Shown here in pieces: positions 1 to 10,123 of a DNA stretch of 64,000 bases; position 1 is the stretch's first letter; each line of letters opens with the position of its first letter. The notes below the pieces were generated by a model, which saw only the letters and a list, made by a program, of their open reading frames with translations, did not search any database and was not told the origin of the DNA. A program made the position numbers and the translations under genes. This DNA is from an uncultured Acidobacteriaceae bacterium. GTDB taxonomy: Bacteria; Acidobacteriota; Terriglobia; Bryobacterales; Bryobacteraceae. The stretch is taken from positions 228,404-292,403 of the forward strand of contig CAVYUB010000006.1 in assembly GCA_963771565.1 (NCBI GenBank). Reading direction: 5' to 3'.

Positions 1-331
1 CCTGTTGGAAGAAATCGAAAGCATGGGCAAAAGTGAGCGGCGCGGTATCGAGAGCCGGATGGAAATTCTTTTGTCCCATCTCTTGAAACGGCAATATCAG
101 GCTGACAAACATACGCGGAATTGGGACATGACAATTAAAGAGCAGCGCTTGAAAATAAGCCAGCTCTTCGAAGAAAATCCGAGCTTGCGAGCGCGGGCCG
201 AAGACCTGATCCAGCGTGCCTATCGAGTCGCGCGCGTACGGGCGTCCCGTGAAACGGGTCTTGCTGAAGACGTATTTCCCGCAGCGTGTCCATGGAGTGA
301 AGAACAGGTCTTAGAAGAGTCTGATCACTGA
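1..331 (+). CDS. DUF29 family protein (5' end cut by window edge)
   Basis: ORF 5..331 is open to the window edge. The pattern ...EEIESMGKSERRGIESRMEILLSHLLKRQYQ...IKEQRLKISQLFEENPSLR... matches the DUF29 helical family as I remember it. Confidence 0.7.
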   Translation, partial: LLEEIESMGKSERRGIESRMEILLSHLLKRQYQADKHTRNWDMTIKEQRLKISQLFEENPSLRARAEDLIQRAYRVARVRASRETGLAEDVFPAACPWSEEQVLEESDH

Positions 332-389
332 CCCAAGTGCAACAGTTTACTGAGCCGCGACCACAGGGAGCGGACAATGAGAGTATATT

Positions 390-2168
390 TTGCAACCGAA
401 ACTGACCAGACGAACATGTATGGCTCTGTTGGGAGCGCCAATTGTGAGCGCTTTAGGGCAGGGTGTCTCGACCCGCAGCGTGAAACCCATGCCGCGTGGG
501 AAACCCTCTGGAATCCCGTTCAACGCCCGTTTCGTCGACGTTGCGGAACAGGCCGGCTTACATGCGCCTCTCATCTATGGCGCTCCGAATCACAAGACTT
601 ACATTCTGGAAACGGTGGGTTGCGGATGCGCGCTGTTCGACTATGACAACGATGGCTGGCTCGACATCTTCCTGTTGAGCGGCTCTCGATTGGAAGGCCC
701 GCCCGAAGGAGCAATCAATCGGCTGTATCGCAATAATCGCGACGGCACTTTCACCGATGTAACAGAGAAGGCCGGATTGGGCCGTACCGGATGGGCATCT
801 GCCGTAGCGGTTGGCGACTACAACAACGACGGTTTCGATGATATCTTCATCACCTACTGGGGACAGAACGCTCTCTATCGAAATAATGGCAACGGCACTT
901 TCACCGACGTGACGGAGAACGCGGGATTGCTCCACACAGGTACGAAATGGGGCTCGGGTTGCACTTTTGTCGATTACGATCGTGACGGCCAGCTGGATAT
1001 ATTCGTCGCCAACTATCTCGAATTTCGATTTCAACAAGATTCCTAAACCCGGCGAGAACCCGTACTGTAATTGGAAAGGTATTCCAGTGAATTGCGGGCC
1101 TCGCGGATTGCCCCCCGGTGTTCCCGCCCTGTATCACAACAATGGCGATGGCACTTTCACCGACGTAAGCGTCAAATCAGGAGTCGCAAAGGCGCGCGGC
1201 AGCTATTGCATGACGACGGTGGCTGCGGATTTCGATAACGACGGCTGGCCCGACATTTACGTCGCCTGCGATTCGACACCCAGCTTCCTTCTCAAGAACA
1301 ATCACGACGGCACGTTTACCGACGTCGGACTCGAAAGCGGTGTCGCACTGAACGAAGACGGCATGGAGCAGGCGGGCATGGGCCTCGGCATCGGCGACTA
1401 CAATCTGGATGGCAGTCTCGACATTCTCAAAACACATTTCGCTGATGACACCGCTGTCCTCTACCGCAACGATGGCAAAGGCAGCTTCGAGGATGTGACA
1501 AATTCGGCGGGCTTGGGTGTCGAAACGCGCTATCATCAGTTGGGGTGCAGGAATGTTTGATCTCGACAATGACGGTTATCCGGACCTGTTCTGGGTGACC
1601 GGCAGTGTCTATCCGGAAATTGAGGCGGCCTTGCCGAACTATCCTTTCAAGAGCCCGCGTATTGTATTTCGAAACTTGAGAAACGGAAAGTTCGAAGAAC
1701 TGCTGGATCAGGCCGGCCCGGGCATCGCAGCCGCTCACGCCAGCCGCGGCTGCGCTTTCGGCGATTTCGACAATGATGGCGATATCGATATTCTGATCAT
1801 GAATCTAAACGAGCCTCCATCGTTACTGCGCAACGACGTCAGCGGGAATAGCGCATTGGCTGAAGGTCAAGCTCATTGGAACGAAATCGAACCGTAGCGC
1901 AATCGGAGCGCGGGTAACAGCACATTACGGAGGCAAGGTCCAGACTCAAGAAGTGCTGAGCCAGGCAAGCTTCTATTCGGCCAACGATCTGCGCCTTCAT
2001 TTCGGACTCGGCTCGGTCGAGAAAGTGGATCTCGATATTCGCTGGCCTAACGGCGGCAGCGAACGAATCTCCAACATCGCTGCGGATCACCTCGTAATCA
2101 TTCGAGAAGGCGCCGGCATCATTAAATCTGAAGCCTTTCAAAAGCGCTCAACTAACAATTCCACTTAA
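390..2168 (+). pseudogene. CRTAC1 / ASPIC-UnbV family FG-GAP (VCBS) repeat protein, reading frame broken three times (possible assembly indels)
   Basis: Fragments 390..1046, 967..1560, 1517..1897 and 1953..2168 lie in different frames but read as one protein. It has a leader (LTRRTCMALLGAPIVSALG) and repeated calcium-type FG-GAP units (DYDNDGWLDIF, GDYNNDGFDDIF, DYDRDGQLDIF, DFDNDGWPDIY, DLDNDGYPDLF, DFDNDGDIDIL). The tail is ASPIC/UnbV-like (SQASFYSANDLRLHFGLG). Frame changes fall near 1030, 1545 and 1900. Confidence 0.8.
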
Positions 2169-2176
2169 TTCGCACT

Positions 2177-2197
2177 ATTGTGCATTGCTGCATTGTG
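2177..2197. promoter_or_regulatory. Direct repeat TGCATTG-N1-TGCATTG flanked by ATTGTG half sites, upstream of the TonB-dependent receptor
   Basis: The sequence ATTGTGCATTGCTGCATTGTGAG lies about 45 bp upstream of the start at 2240, with TGCATTG at 2181-2187 and 2189-2195. A regulatory function is inferred from position only. Confidence 0.25.
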
Positions 2198-2239
2198 AGT
2201 TAGCATCAGGCTAAGGGTCGTTTCAGAGGAGTTCTCACA

Positions 2240-5200
2240 ATGTCTAAGCGGTTTTCTGCGCTTGCTGTATTATTACTTGCGTTTTTTCTTTGGACCACGA
2301 TGAGTGTTGCGCAGGAGGTAAATGCCACGCTCACCGGCACGGTAACCGATGCCACCGGAGCGTTAGTTCAGGGAGCCACGGTTCTCATCCATAACAACGA
2401 TACAAATACCGACCTCAGAACTGTCACCACGGACAGCAGAGGCAATTTCACAGTCACGAATCTTCCTGCGGGTGGATATACCGTCACGATCAAGAGCTCC
2501 GGTTTTCGAACCTATACCGCGAGTAACGTGATCCTCCATGTCGCCGAAAAGCGGACGGTCGATACTCAGCTTCAGCCAGGCCAGGTGACAGAGAACGTGA
2601 CGGTCACCGAGACCACAACGCCCGTTCAAACCTCGACTGCAGCGCAATCAGGCACCATAACCGGCACGCAGGTGCGCGAGCTTGAACTGAACAATCGTAA
2701 TTTCGAACAGCTCGTGACGCTTCAGCCCGGTGTTACATCAGGCTTGCCGGATGTCGTCGGGTTCGGCATCTCGAATACCAGCTCGGTCGCAGTGAACGGG
2801 GCGCGCACTGGTGCAAATAACTGGACCGTTGATGGAGCCGACGTAAACGACAGCGGTTCCAATTTGACGCTGCTCAATGTGCCGAGCGTGGATGCGATCC
2901 AGGAGTTCACGCTTCAGCGGAGCACTTACGATGCTCAATACGGTCGCAGCGGAGGCGGTCAGATACTTGTTGCGACCAAATCAGGCACCAGCGAGTTTCA
3001 CGGCGACGCTTACGAATTCGTCCGCAACGATTTCTTCAACGCCAATGACTTCTTCGCCAATTCCGCGGGAAGTCCTCGCGCCCCTGAACGATACAACAAT
3101 TTCGGCTTCACGATCGGTGGTCCGCTCTTCATTCCAAAGCTTTACAAAAAGAGCGAATCTAAGACGTTTTTCTTCTGGTCGGAAGAGTGGCGGAAGAGCA
3201 TTTACCTGCTACAGACGTCGCGACTGTTCCCACGGCCGCGGAATTGGCTGGTACATTCGCCGGAACGCACATTAAACCCAGCTTCCGCGCCAGCCGGTTG
3301 TATCACCAATACCGCTGCTGGCGGCCAGATTAATCCCGCCTGCTTCAGCCACAATGCCACGGCGTATATTGCCAATATTTATTCCAAGTTCCCGGCCAAT
3401 GCGGCAGGCGGTACGGAGTACATCACGAATGTTGTGTCACTCAACAATATCCGGCAGGACCTCGTGCGGCTCGATCAGAATATCAGCGACAAAGTACATG
3501 TGTTCGGCCGCTTCATGCAAGACGTAGTGCCCACGACCGAGCCGGGTGGACTATTCGCCGGCGAACCCATTCCGGGCATCTCGTCCACCGCGACCAACGC
3601 TCCGGGAAGGAATGTCGTCGCAAACGTGAGTTGGACGATATCCCCGACCGTCGTCAATGAGACAGCATTCAATTATTCCTGGGGCGCGATTAACAGCAAT
3701 ATCACGGGAATAATCAACTCCCCTTCCTTTGTCAGCGCACTCACCGGCGGCCTGCCCTATCAGCGATCCGTATGGCCGCATACCCGGCGTTCACCATGTC
3801 GCGGATTGACCGGAGTCGCCATACCCGTTTCCCCTTACTTTGAACGCAACATCGACAAGAACTTGTTTGACAATTTCTCAAAAGTCCTCGGCAACCACAC
3901 CATTCGTGCTGGAATCAGCGTTCAATGGATGGTTAAGACTGAAAACGCGGTAAATCCCACCAACGGAAATTTTACGTTCAGAAGTGCAAACGGTAATCCG
4001 GCCTTCGCTAATTTCCTGTTGGGCGATGCATCTTTGTTTTCACAGAGCCAGCCGCGACATTATTCCTTACCTCAACTACTTCAATTTGGAGGGTTTTGTC
4101 CAGGACGACTGGAAGGTAACTCCAAGACTGACGTTGAACCTGGGCCTTCGCTATAGCTATTTCCCCTCGCCCCAGGATTCCCACTAACGTATTGAACAAT
4201 TTCGATCCGGCAGTCTACAATCCTGCTTTGGCTCCCGCCATCGATCCGACAACTGGCAAATTCGTGGCCGGGCAAGCGTGATTCCGGCCACCTATACAAA
4301 CGGAATGATTTTCCCGACGAACTCATGTGCAACGCGCGAAAGCGATCTCGCCGCAGGTCACTTGCTCCCCTTACGGGAATCTCGTGAATCCAAACTCGAA
4401 CAATAATTTCGGTCCTCGTTTCGGTTTCGCCTGGGATCCCACTGGGAAGGGCAAGACAGCGATTCGCGGCGGATACGGCATCTACTACGATCGATTGTTG
4501 AATGGCATCTGGGAACAGAACGCGTTCAGTGATCCTCCTCTGGTGCAGCAGGTGCAGATCTCCAACACCAGCTTTGACCATCCAACCGCCGGGGTTGCGG
4601 CTGTGCCGTTAGGACCAATTGGCATAACCGCTACCGGGAATCCAACCTTCAAGGTTCCCTCATATCAGGACTGGAACTTCTCCATTCAGCAGCAGATTCT
4701 TTCCAATACCACACTTGAAATTGCTTATGTAGGAACCAAGGGAACGCCATCTGCTGGGGGAAGTGGATGCGAATCAGCCCACCTTAGCTGTTCGCACAGC
4801 GAATCCCGCAACGCGATGTGAACGCAATTAGGCCCGTATTCTGGCTATGCAGCTTTTTATCAAAGGGACCCGGAGTTTAATAGCAATTACAACTCTTTAC
4901 AGGTTTCGCTGAATCGCCGCGTGGCTCAGGGCTTAAACCTGGGAATCGCTTATACCTGGTCGAAGAATCTTACCGACAATACAGCAGATCGCGACGCGCC
5001 CGTTTACGATACATATAACGCCGCCTGAACTATGGTCCGGCCTTCCTCAACACGCCGCATATTTTCATAGCCAATTACGTTTACGATCTGCCCTTCTTCA
5101 AAGACCAGAAAGGATTCATTGGCCACGTTCTGGGTGGCTGGGAGATTTCGGGAATCACAACTGTGGAGTCTGGTCAGTCAAAGAGCATTGTTCAATCCAA

Positions 5201-5648
5201 TGATCCTTTCAGCTCCGTCGACTTTCCCGGAGCGCCTGGGACCTATCCTGATGGCATTGGAATTGATTTGAACAATGCCTTGGCGCCCACGAGCGGATGC
5301 AGTTGCCGGGCGTGTCCATAACTGGACCGGGGACAGTAGCCCAGTGATCTGAACACAAAGGCATTTACGGACGCAATAGGTCACTTCGGGACCGCTGGAC
5401 CTGGGCTCATTCTAGGTCCGGGACAGCAGAACTGGGATATCGCCGCCATCAGGAACTTCAAAATCGGTGAGCGTGTGAGCTTGCAATTCCGCGGTGAATT
5501 TTTCAACACATTCAATCATGTCAGCTTCACTACCGGCACTACATCAACGACAGGGCTTATCACAAACGTTGACAACTCGAATTTCGGTGGCCTCACCGGC
5601 GACCATCTACCACGCAATATTCAGCTCGGCGCCAAGCTATACTTTTAG
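2240..5648 (+). pseudogene. TonB-dependent receptor with N-terminal carboxypeptidase-regulatory-like domain, several frame breaks (possible assembly indels)
   Basis: It has a signal peptide and a CarboxypepD_reg-like domain (TGTVTDATGALVQGATVLIHN...VTNLPAGGYTVT). Barrel motifs appear in later frames (YNSLQVSLNRR, AYTWSK), and the terminal ...PRNIQLGAKLYF stops at 5646-5648. The main fragments are 2240..4156 and 4327..4821. The frame also slips near 3190-3250, where the alternative frame reads TVPTAAELAGTFAG, and several more times between 4160 and 5650. Confidence 0.85.
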
Positions 5649-5651
5649 CTG

Positions 5652-6770
5652 GTGAGCGTTGTTGTAATCGCGCTCGCAGTCGCGAGCTTCGCAGTCGCGC
5701 AGGACCTACAAACTTCGTTAATCGAAGGCTCTCAGGCTTTGCAAAGGGGCGACAACGCCGCCGCAGAGGCTGCGTTCCGTCGTGCGCTCGCCGCGCAGCC
5801 GCAATCCATAGAGGTCCTGAACAACTTGGCCATTGCTCTCGCTCGGGAAGGAAAACCCAGTGAGGCAATCGCGATCTATGATCGCGCGCTCAAGATCAAA
5901 CCCGGCGATCCAACCACGACGCGGAATCTGGCGATCGCATATTTTCGCGCGCAGCGATATAAGGAGGCGCTACCCCTTTTCCAGTCGCTGTCCAAATCAG
6001 CACCGGATTTTCAGGCGCTCGAGCTCGCCGGTCTATCGCTGTTCGCGCTCGACCGCTATTCGGAAGCGGCACAATATCTCGAGCGCGCGAACAAAGTGAA
6101 TCCATCCGATCTCCCAACGCTCGACATGTTGGGCAAAGCCTACACGCGCGCCAAGGAGTATGACCGCGTTGCGGACGTCTTCGCGCGCATCATGGCGGTA
6201 AATCCGAACTCCGCCGAGGCCCACGTCATGATGGGCATGGCTTATGACAAGCTGTCTCGTGACGACGATGCGCGTGCCGAGTATGAGGCTGCCGAGAAGG
6301 CCAATCCAAATCTCCTCGGCGTTCATTCGGGCCTTGGTCTCATTTATTGGAAAGAAGGGAAAATCGATCTCGCCAAGCAAGAGTTTGAGGCAGAGCTCAA
6401 AAGGTATCCCACCGATCCCGTCTCACACTGCTTGCTCGGCCAGATTTTGCGGAAGCAAAACGATCCGGCTGAGGCTCTGCGGCATTTCCGGGCCGCGATT
6501 GCCGCGAATCCAAACTACAAGGAAGCGCTATTCGAGCTAGGCAAATCGGAGCTCATGCTGAATCAGCCAAAAGAGGCAGTTGAACCCCTACGCAAGGCCA
6601 TTGAGCTAGATCCTAATTACGTTCAAGCACATTACTCGCTTGGTACAGCACTCCGTAAACTGGGTCACTCAGCCGAGGCATCCCGGGAGATTGCGCTGTC
6701 CGAGCAGATCCAAGCGCGAGAACGGGCCGATGACATAAAGCACGTCAGTCGCGAATCTCAACCCCAATGA
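5652..6770 (+). CDS. Secreted tetratricopeptide (TPR) repeat protein
   Basis: The 372-aa ORF starts (GTG) 4 nt after the receptor stop. It has a short hydrophobic leader and many TPR units (AEAAFRRALAAQPQSIEVLNNLAIAL, AIAIYDRALKIKPGD, AHVMMGMAYDKL, ALRHFRAAIAANPNYKEALFELG). Confidence 0.8.
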   Translation: MSVVVIALAVASFAVAQDLQTSLIEGSQALQRGDNAAAEAAFRRALAAQPQSIEVLNNLAIALAREGKPSEAIAIYDRALKIKPGDPTTTRNLAIAYFRAQRYKEALPLFQSLSKSAPDFQALELAGLSLFALDRYSEAAQYLERANKVNPSDLPTLDMLGKAYTRAKEYDRVADVFARIMAVNPNSAEAHVMMGMAYDKLSRDDDARAEYEAAEKANPNLLGVHSGLGLIYWKEGKIDLAKQEFEAELKRYPTDPVSHCLLGQILRKQNDPAEALRHFRAAIAANPNYKEALFELGKSELMLNQPKEAVEPLRKAIELDPNYVQAHYSLGTALRKLGHSAEASREIALSEQIQARERADDIKHVSRESQPQ

Positions 6771-6800
6771 ACTTCTCCTATGGAACAATGAAATTTGCTG

Positions 6801-7568
6801 ATGCGAACAGTTTCCTGGCTCCTCGCGATCGCAATTGCTTCAACCGCGATGGGAATCGCGTCAACAATGTTCGCCCAGAGCCCGGAAGTTGATCCGTCAT
6901 CGGTGCTGATTTACGAAGCTCGCGCTACATCGGTTAGCGGCCAAGTCACGCGCGTTCGCGATGGCCAACCCTGGGCGGTGAGTACCGGTGACCAAATACC
7001 CATTCAGCAGGTGATCACCTCCGGCAGTGATGGATATGCCCATTTCAAAGTTGCTGGCGGAAGCAGTTTCGATATCCTTGCCAACTCTCGTGTGGTCTTT
7101 CGCGGGAATTCAGCCAATGGTGGCGATCTGCTGGATGTCCTTGCCGGACGCGTGCGCATTCACCTTCAACCAACTCTTGGCCAGTTGCAGCAGCGCGTCT
7201 TTTGCCCGGTAGCAACGATCACCGCGCGTGAGCCTGCTACCATCGCGCTCGCGGTAGACGAAGATGACAATGCTCGAATCGACGTGATCGAAGGAGCCGT
7301 TCGTGTCCAGCATGCGTTTCTGCCCCGGAGCGAACCGGTGCTTGTAACCGCAATCGACGCCATTCTGGTGCAAAAGGATCAGCCCATCTCGCGCCGGCTT
7401 GATCGTGGTTCGCTTTACCGGTACACGGTGAAGCCGCTGAAAGACGTGTTGTCCGTAATTACGTTTGGACACGCAGCCGGGCATAGCGGGCCAATTGAAG
7501 ATCCCGGGACCAGTAAGTTCCTGGCCCAAGCCTCCCAATCCCCCGTCGTTCCGAGTACCGGTCGATGA
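6801..7568 (+). CDS. Secreted FecR-domain-like protein
   Basis: The ORF runs 6795..7568 with an ATG at 6801. It has a signal peptide (WLLAIAIASTAMGIASTMFAQ) and a beta-rich FecR-like core (GYAHFKVAGGSSFDILANSRVVF...VRIHL...IDVIEGAVRV). Confidence 0.55.
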   Translation: MRTVSWLLAIAIASTAMGIASTMFAQSPEVDPSSVLIYEARATSVSGQVTRVRDGQPWAVSTGDQIPIQQVITSGSDGYAHFKVAGGSSFDILANSRVVFRGNSANGGDLLDVLAGRVRIHLQPTLGQLQQRVFCPVATITAREPATIALAVDEDDNARIDVIEGAVRVQHAFLPRSEPVLVTAIDAILVQKDQPISRRLDRGSLYRYTVKPLKDVLSVITFGHAAGHSGPIEDPGTSKFLAQASQSPVVPSTGR

Positions 7569-8206
7569 GCAGAGACTTTTCGCGTGCCGCAAGGCTCATC
7601 CTTTTGGTATCTGCTGCGACGGCGTTAGCGGCTGAGCAGCCGCGTCAAGCTCCTCCTGGTTCTCAAAATGGCCTAGCTGCACCTGCTCGACCGATGCCAG
7701 CGCCGGCTGGATTAGAATCGCCCTGGGATTTACGCAAAATCCTGGCCACGCTCGTGCAGGATAACGAAGAACTGAAGCTCGTAATCGCCCAGCTGAAGCC
7801 CCAAGAATGGTACGACCAAAAAGGCGCCCCGAGCACCTATGTCCTTCAATGGACCACCGCGCAAAGACAAGCGAACGACGTAGCGATCGCGAGCCGACTG
7901 TTTTCCCAGAACACGGAAAGCCTATCGCTCGGCCTCGACACTTACTTTCGCCTGGAAGCTCTCGAGACTAGCGCGCGATCGCTCGATGAAGCCGCCCACA
8001 GATATGGAGACCGTGGAACGGCGGACAAACTGAGCGAACTGATCGCACACAACTTCAGCAACCGGGAACGGTTTCGCGATTACCTTCGGGATCTGGCGTC
8101 AAGCAAAGAACAAGATTTCAAGATCGCCGACGCGGAGGCGCAGCGTTGTCGCGGTATGATCAGCAAAGAGCCGGCAGCAACATCCAGAAAGCCCAAAAGG
8201 AACTGA
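7565..8206 (+). CDS. Hypothetical secreted protein
   Basis: The 213-aa ORF has a start overlapping the previous stop (ATGA). It has a signal-like N-terminus (AARLILLVSAATALAAEQ). I recognise no family. Confidence 0.5.
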   Translation: MSRDFSRAARLILLVSAATALAAEQPRQAPPGSQNGLAAPARPMPAPAGLESPWDLRKILATLVQDNEELKLVIAQLKPQEWYDQKGAPSTYVLQWTTAQRQANDVAIASRLFSQNTESLSLGLDTYFRLEALETSARSLDEAAHRYGDRGTADKLSELIAHNFSNRERFRDYLRDLASSKEQDFKIADAEAQRCRGMISKEPAATSRKPKRN

Positions 8207-8466
8207 TGGAAGTAGGTATTTTCACTTGTTCAATTTGCGGTGAAAGCTCGCGTGATATTTGCGTCTTTTGCACGAAAGACGCGTGCGGGAATCACCTTTG
8301 TGAACGTTGCCACCGGTGCAGCGACTGCTGTGAGTGTGAGATGCGAGTCCGAAATCACGAGCGGACCGGCGATTTTGATTCGCCCTTTGCAAATAGGTCT
8401 GGTGGCTCCAACGGGTTCAGTCCTGCCCGTCCTGCTTCTTCGCAGGATGATGCAAAATTGAGCTGA
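8206..8466 (+). CDS. Small Cys/His-rich protein with a B-box-like zinc-finger spacing
   Basis: The ATG at 8206 overlaps the upstream TGA (TGATG). The product is 86 aa, with 11 Cys and 2 His within residues 8-44 (CSICGESSRDICVFCTKDACGNHLCERCHRCSDCCEC) followed by a disordered tail. Confidence 0.5.
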   Translation: MEVGIFTCSICGESSRDICVFCTKDACGNHLCERCHRCSDCCECEMRVRNHERTGDFDSPFANRSGGSNGFSPARPASSQDDAKLS

Positions 8467-9511
8467 CCGCCTGCTTCGCCTTCGGATTGAGCGCTCTTTT
8501 TATCACGGGCTCCCGATCGCCACTGACCCAAGCAGTTTGAATCTCCTTCTCATCCAGGCCAGCCAGCCGCCCCGCCAGGATGAATCCCGGAAGAGCGTGT
8601 TCCAGATCGCGCCAGCGCGCCATGTCTACCACGGATCTGAGAGCGCGCTGCCTGAGAAGCTCCAGCGTTTCGGGATCCCGATTATCGGTCAGGTTTACGA
8701 GAGCCAGGCTTGCGTTGCGGCGGTCGGACCAAACAACCGAGTTCATCAGTTCAACGAACCAGGTCGGCTCAATCCGGATTCCCTCGTCAGGGTGAAGCTT
8801 TGCGCCAACAGCTACCGCTTTCAGCGAGCGCATCGCGTTCTCCCGAACCGTATCATCCTGATCCTTCAACGCATACTGGAGGTCGTCAACGATTCTCTTT
8901 GTGCTTCGTGGATCACGCGGGCCATAAGGCAGGACGTAGGCGGCGATTGCCCTCTGCTCGGCGTTTGGCGATTCATGCAACACTTGGTCCACAAGAGGCA
9001 GATCGCGAGCGACCAGGGGAACAAAAGCTTGCTGCAGTTGGCGACACTCTGGATCTGCCATGAGCGAATAGCCATTGGTGAGATCTTCATCGGCATTGCG
9101 TCCCCGAATGCTCGCGGCAACCGCATCGAGAAGCACCTGGTAGTTATTGACAATGTCCTCGGCAAGCGCAACTTCGCCGATTGGAATTGGCCGAAACTCG
9201 AAATGCGGCGCGTCCCTTTCTTCCACACCAACGTAAAGCACCATTCGCTGGTTATCGCAGCAGGCGGCCTCTATACGCGATGCGACAATTCCAGGGATTT
9301 TGCTGATGCGATCCTCGGCGTCTTCACGCGAACCGGGTAGAGCGTCTCCTTCACTGACTCCCAGGGCGGACTTGATCTTCTTGACTGAAACCTTACTAGC
9401 GCCATAGATCTCGATAACCCCGATACGCGGGCTGATATCTTCGGCTGTAGCCGAAATACAAAACGCAAAAGCCGCGATTGAGCTTGTGAAAACGCCGAGG
9501 GAAAGTCTCAC
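8417..9511 (-). CDS. Secreted protein with POTRA-like N-terminal domain and HEAT-like repeats
   Basis: The 364-aa ORF has a signal peptide and then IGVIEIYGASKVSVKKIKSALGVSEGDAL (POTRA-like). Later helical repeats include LKDQDDTVRENAMRSLKAV. Its 3' end overlaps the convergent Cys-rich gene by 50 nt. Confidence 0.5.
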   Translation of the reverse strand: MRLSLGVFTSSIAAFAFCISATAEDISPRIGVIEIYGASKVSVKKIKSALGVSEGDALPGSREDAEDRISKIPGIVASRIEAACCDNQRMVLYVGVEERDAPHFEFRPIPIGEVALAEDIVNNYQVLLDAVAASIRGRNADEDLTNGYSLMADPECRQLQQAFVPLVARDLPLVDQVLHESPNAEQRAIAAYVLPYGPRDPRSTKRIVDDLQYALKDQDDTVRENAMRSLKAVAVGAKLHPDEGIRIEPTWFVELMNSVVWSDRRNASLALVNLTDNRDPETLELLRQRALRSVVDMARWRDLEHALPGFILAGRLAGLDEKEIQTAWVSGDREPVIKRALNPKAKQAVSSILHHPAKKQDGQD

Positions 9512-9547
9512 TACTTCAGTATGAGACGGGCCTCGTTAAGCGTTGGT

Positions 9548-10066
9548 TTACGCTTGCTTTTGCGCAAGATCGCCGATGAACGGCAGCTTTACGGTCTGAT
9601 TGTTGTATGCCTTAAACATTAGAACAATGAACAGCACGAAAATACACACCCAGAGCAGGGGATAGAGCATCACGAGCAGAAATCCGAGGCCGTGCGTGAC
9701 GAAAGCAAACGTCGCAACGATCATGTGCAAGAGCATCCAAAAAACAAAAAGGCCTAAGTGCAAAAACAGCGACTGAAAGGCATTGAACCGCACGGTCTTG
9801 TTCTGGTTATATGGCGCAACCACCAGGAACACGATACTGCAGATCAGTCCTATGAAGAAAGGGAAATAGCAGAGCATGCCGGCTACGTTATTGGTGACTC
9901 CTGAAGTTGAGGCAATCGGTGGAGGCGGAGGGGTCGAATATCCTGCTGCTCCTGCTCCTGCTGCTGCTCCTGCTGCGCTGCCTTCGCTTCCGCCTGCTAC
10001 CGCCGTGCCGCAATTCGGACAGAAACTCCCTGTTGCCTGAGCGCCGCAATTCGGACAGAATGCCAT
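9548..10066 (-). CDS. Double zinc-ribbon plus DUF4870-like membrane protein
   Basis: The N-terminus is MAFCPNCGAQATGSFCPNCG, followed by an Ala/Gly/Pro linker and three or four hydrophobic helices typical of the DUF4870/TM2-like family. Confidence 0.65.
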   Translation of the reverse strand: MAFCPNCGAQATGSFCPNCGTAVAGGSEGSAAGAAAGAGAAGYSTPPPPPIASTSGVTNNVAGMLCYFPFFIGLICSIVFLVVAPYNQNKTVRFNAFQSLFLHLGLFVFWMLLHMIVATFAFVTHGLGFLLVMLYPLLWVCIFVLFIVLMFKAYNNQTVKLPFIGDLAQKQA

Positions 10067-10123
10067 ACAAACCCTCCTGGGTAAAGCTATTCTTTAGAGT
10101 GTATTCCAGATCTCGAGCAAACG

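Noticed and set aside
5178-5384. A 68-aa minus-strand ORF and other short ORFs lie in the 4.8-5.65 kb stretch, which lacks a long plus-strand ORF.
   Set aside because: The plus strand there encodes recognisable TonB-dependent receptor barrel segments (YNSLQVSLNRR, AYTWSK, ...QLGAKLYF) spread over several frames. The stretch is therefore the frame-broken 3' part of the receptor gene.
9925-10000. A GCT/CCT-rich low-complexity tract could be mistaken for a microsatellite or the start of a repeat array.
   Set aside because: It translates on the minus strand to the Ala/Gly/Pro linker (GSEGSAAGAAAGAGAAGYSTPPPPP) of the same protein. It has no spacer-repeat organisation.
10007-10060. A perfect 18-nt direct repeat GCCGCAATTCGGACAGAA occurs at 10007-10024 and 10043-10060.
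   Set aside because: On the minus strand both copies encode FCPNCG, the two knuckles of the zinc-ribbon at the N-terminus of the DUF4870-like protein. The repeat is explained by coding duplication and is not a regulatory or mobile repeat.
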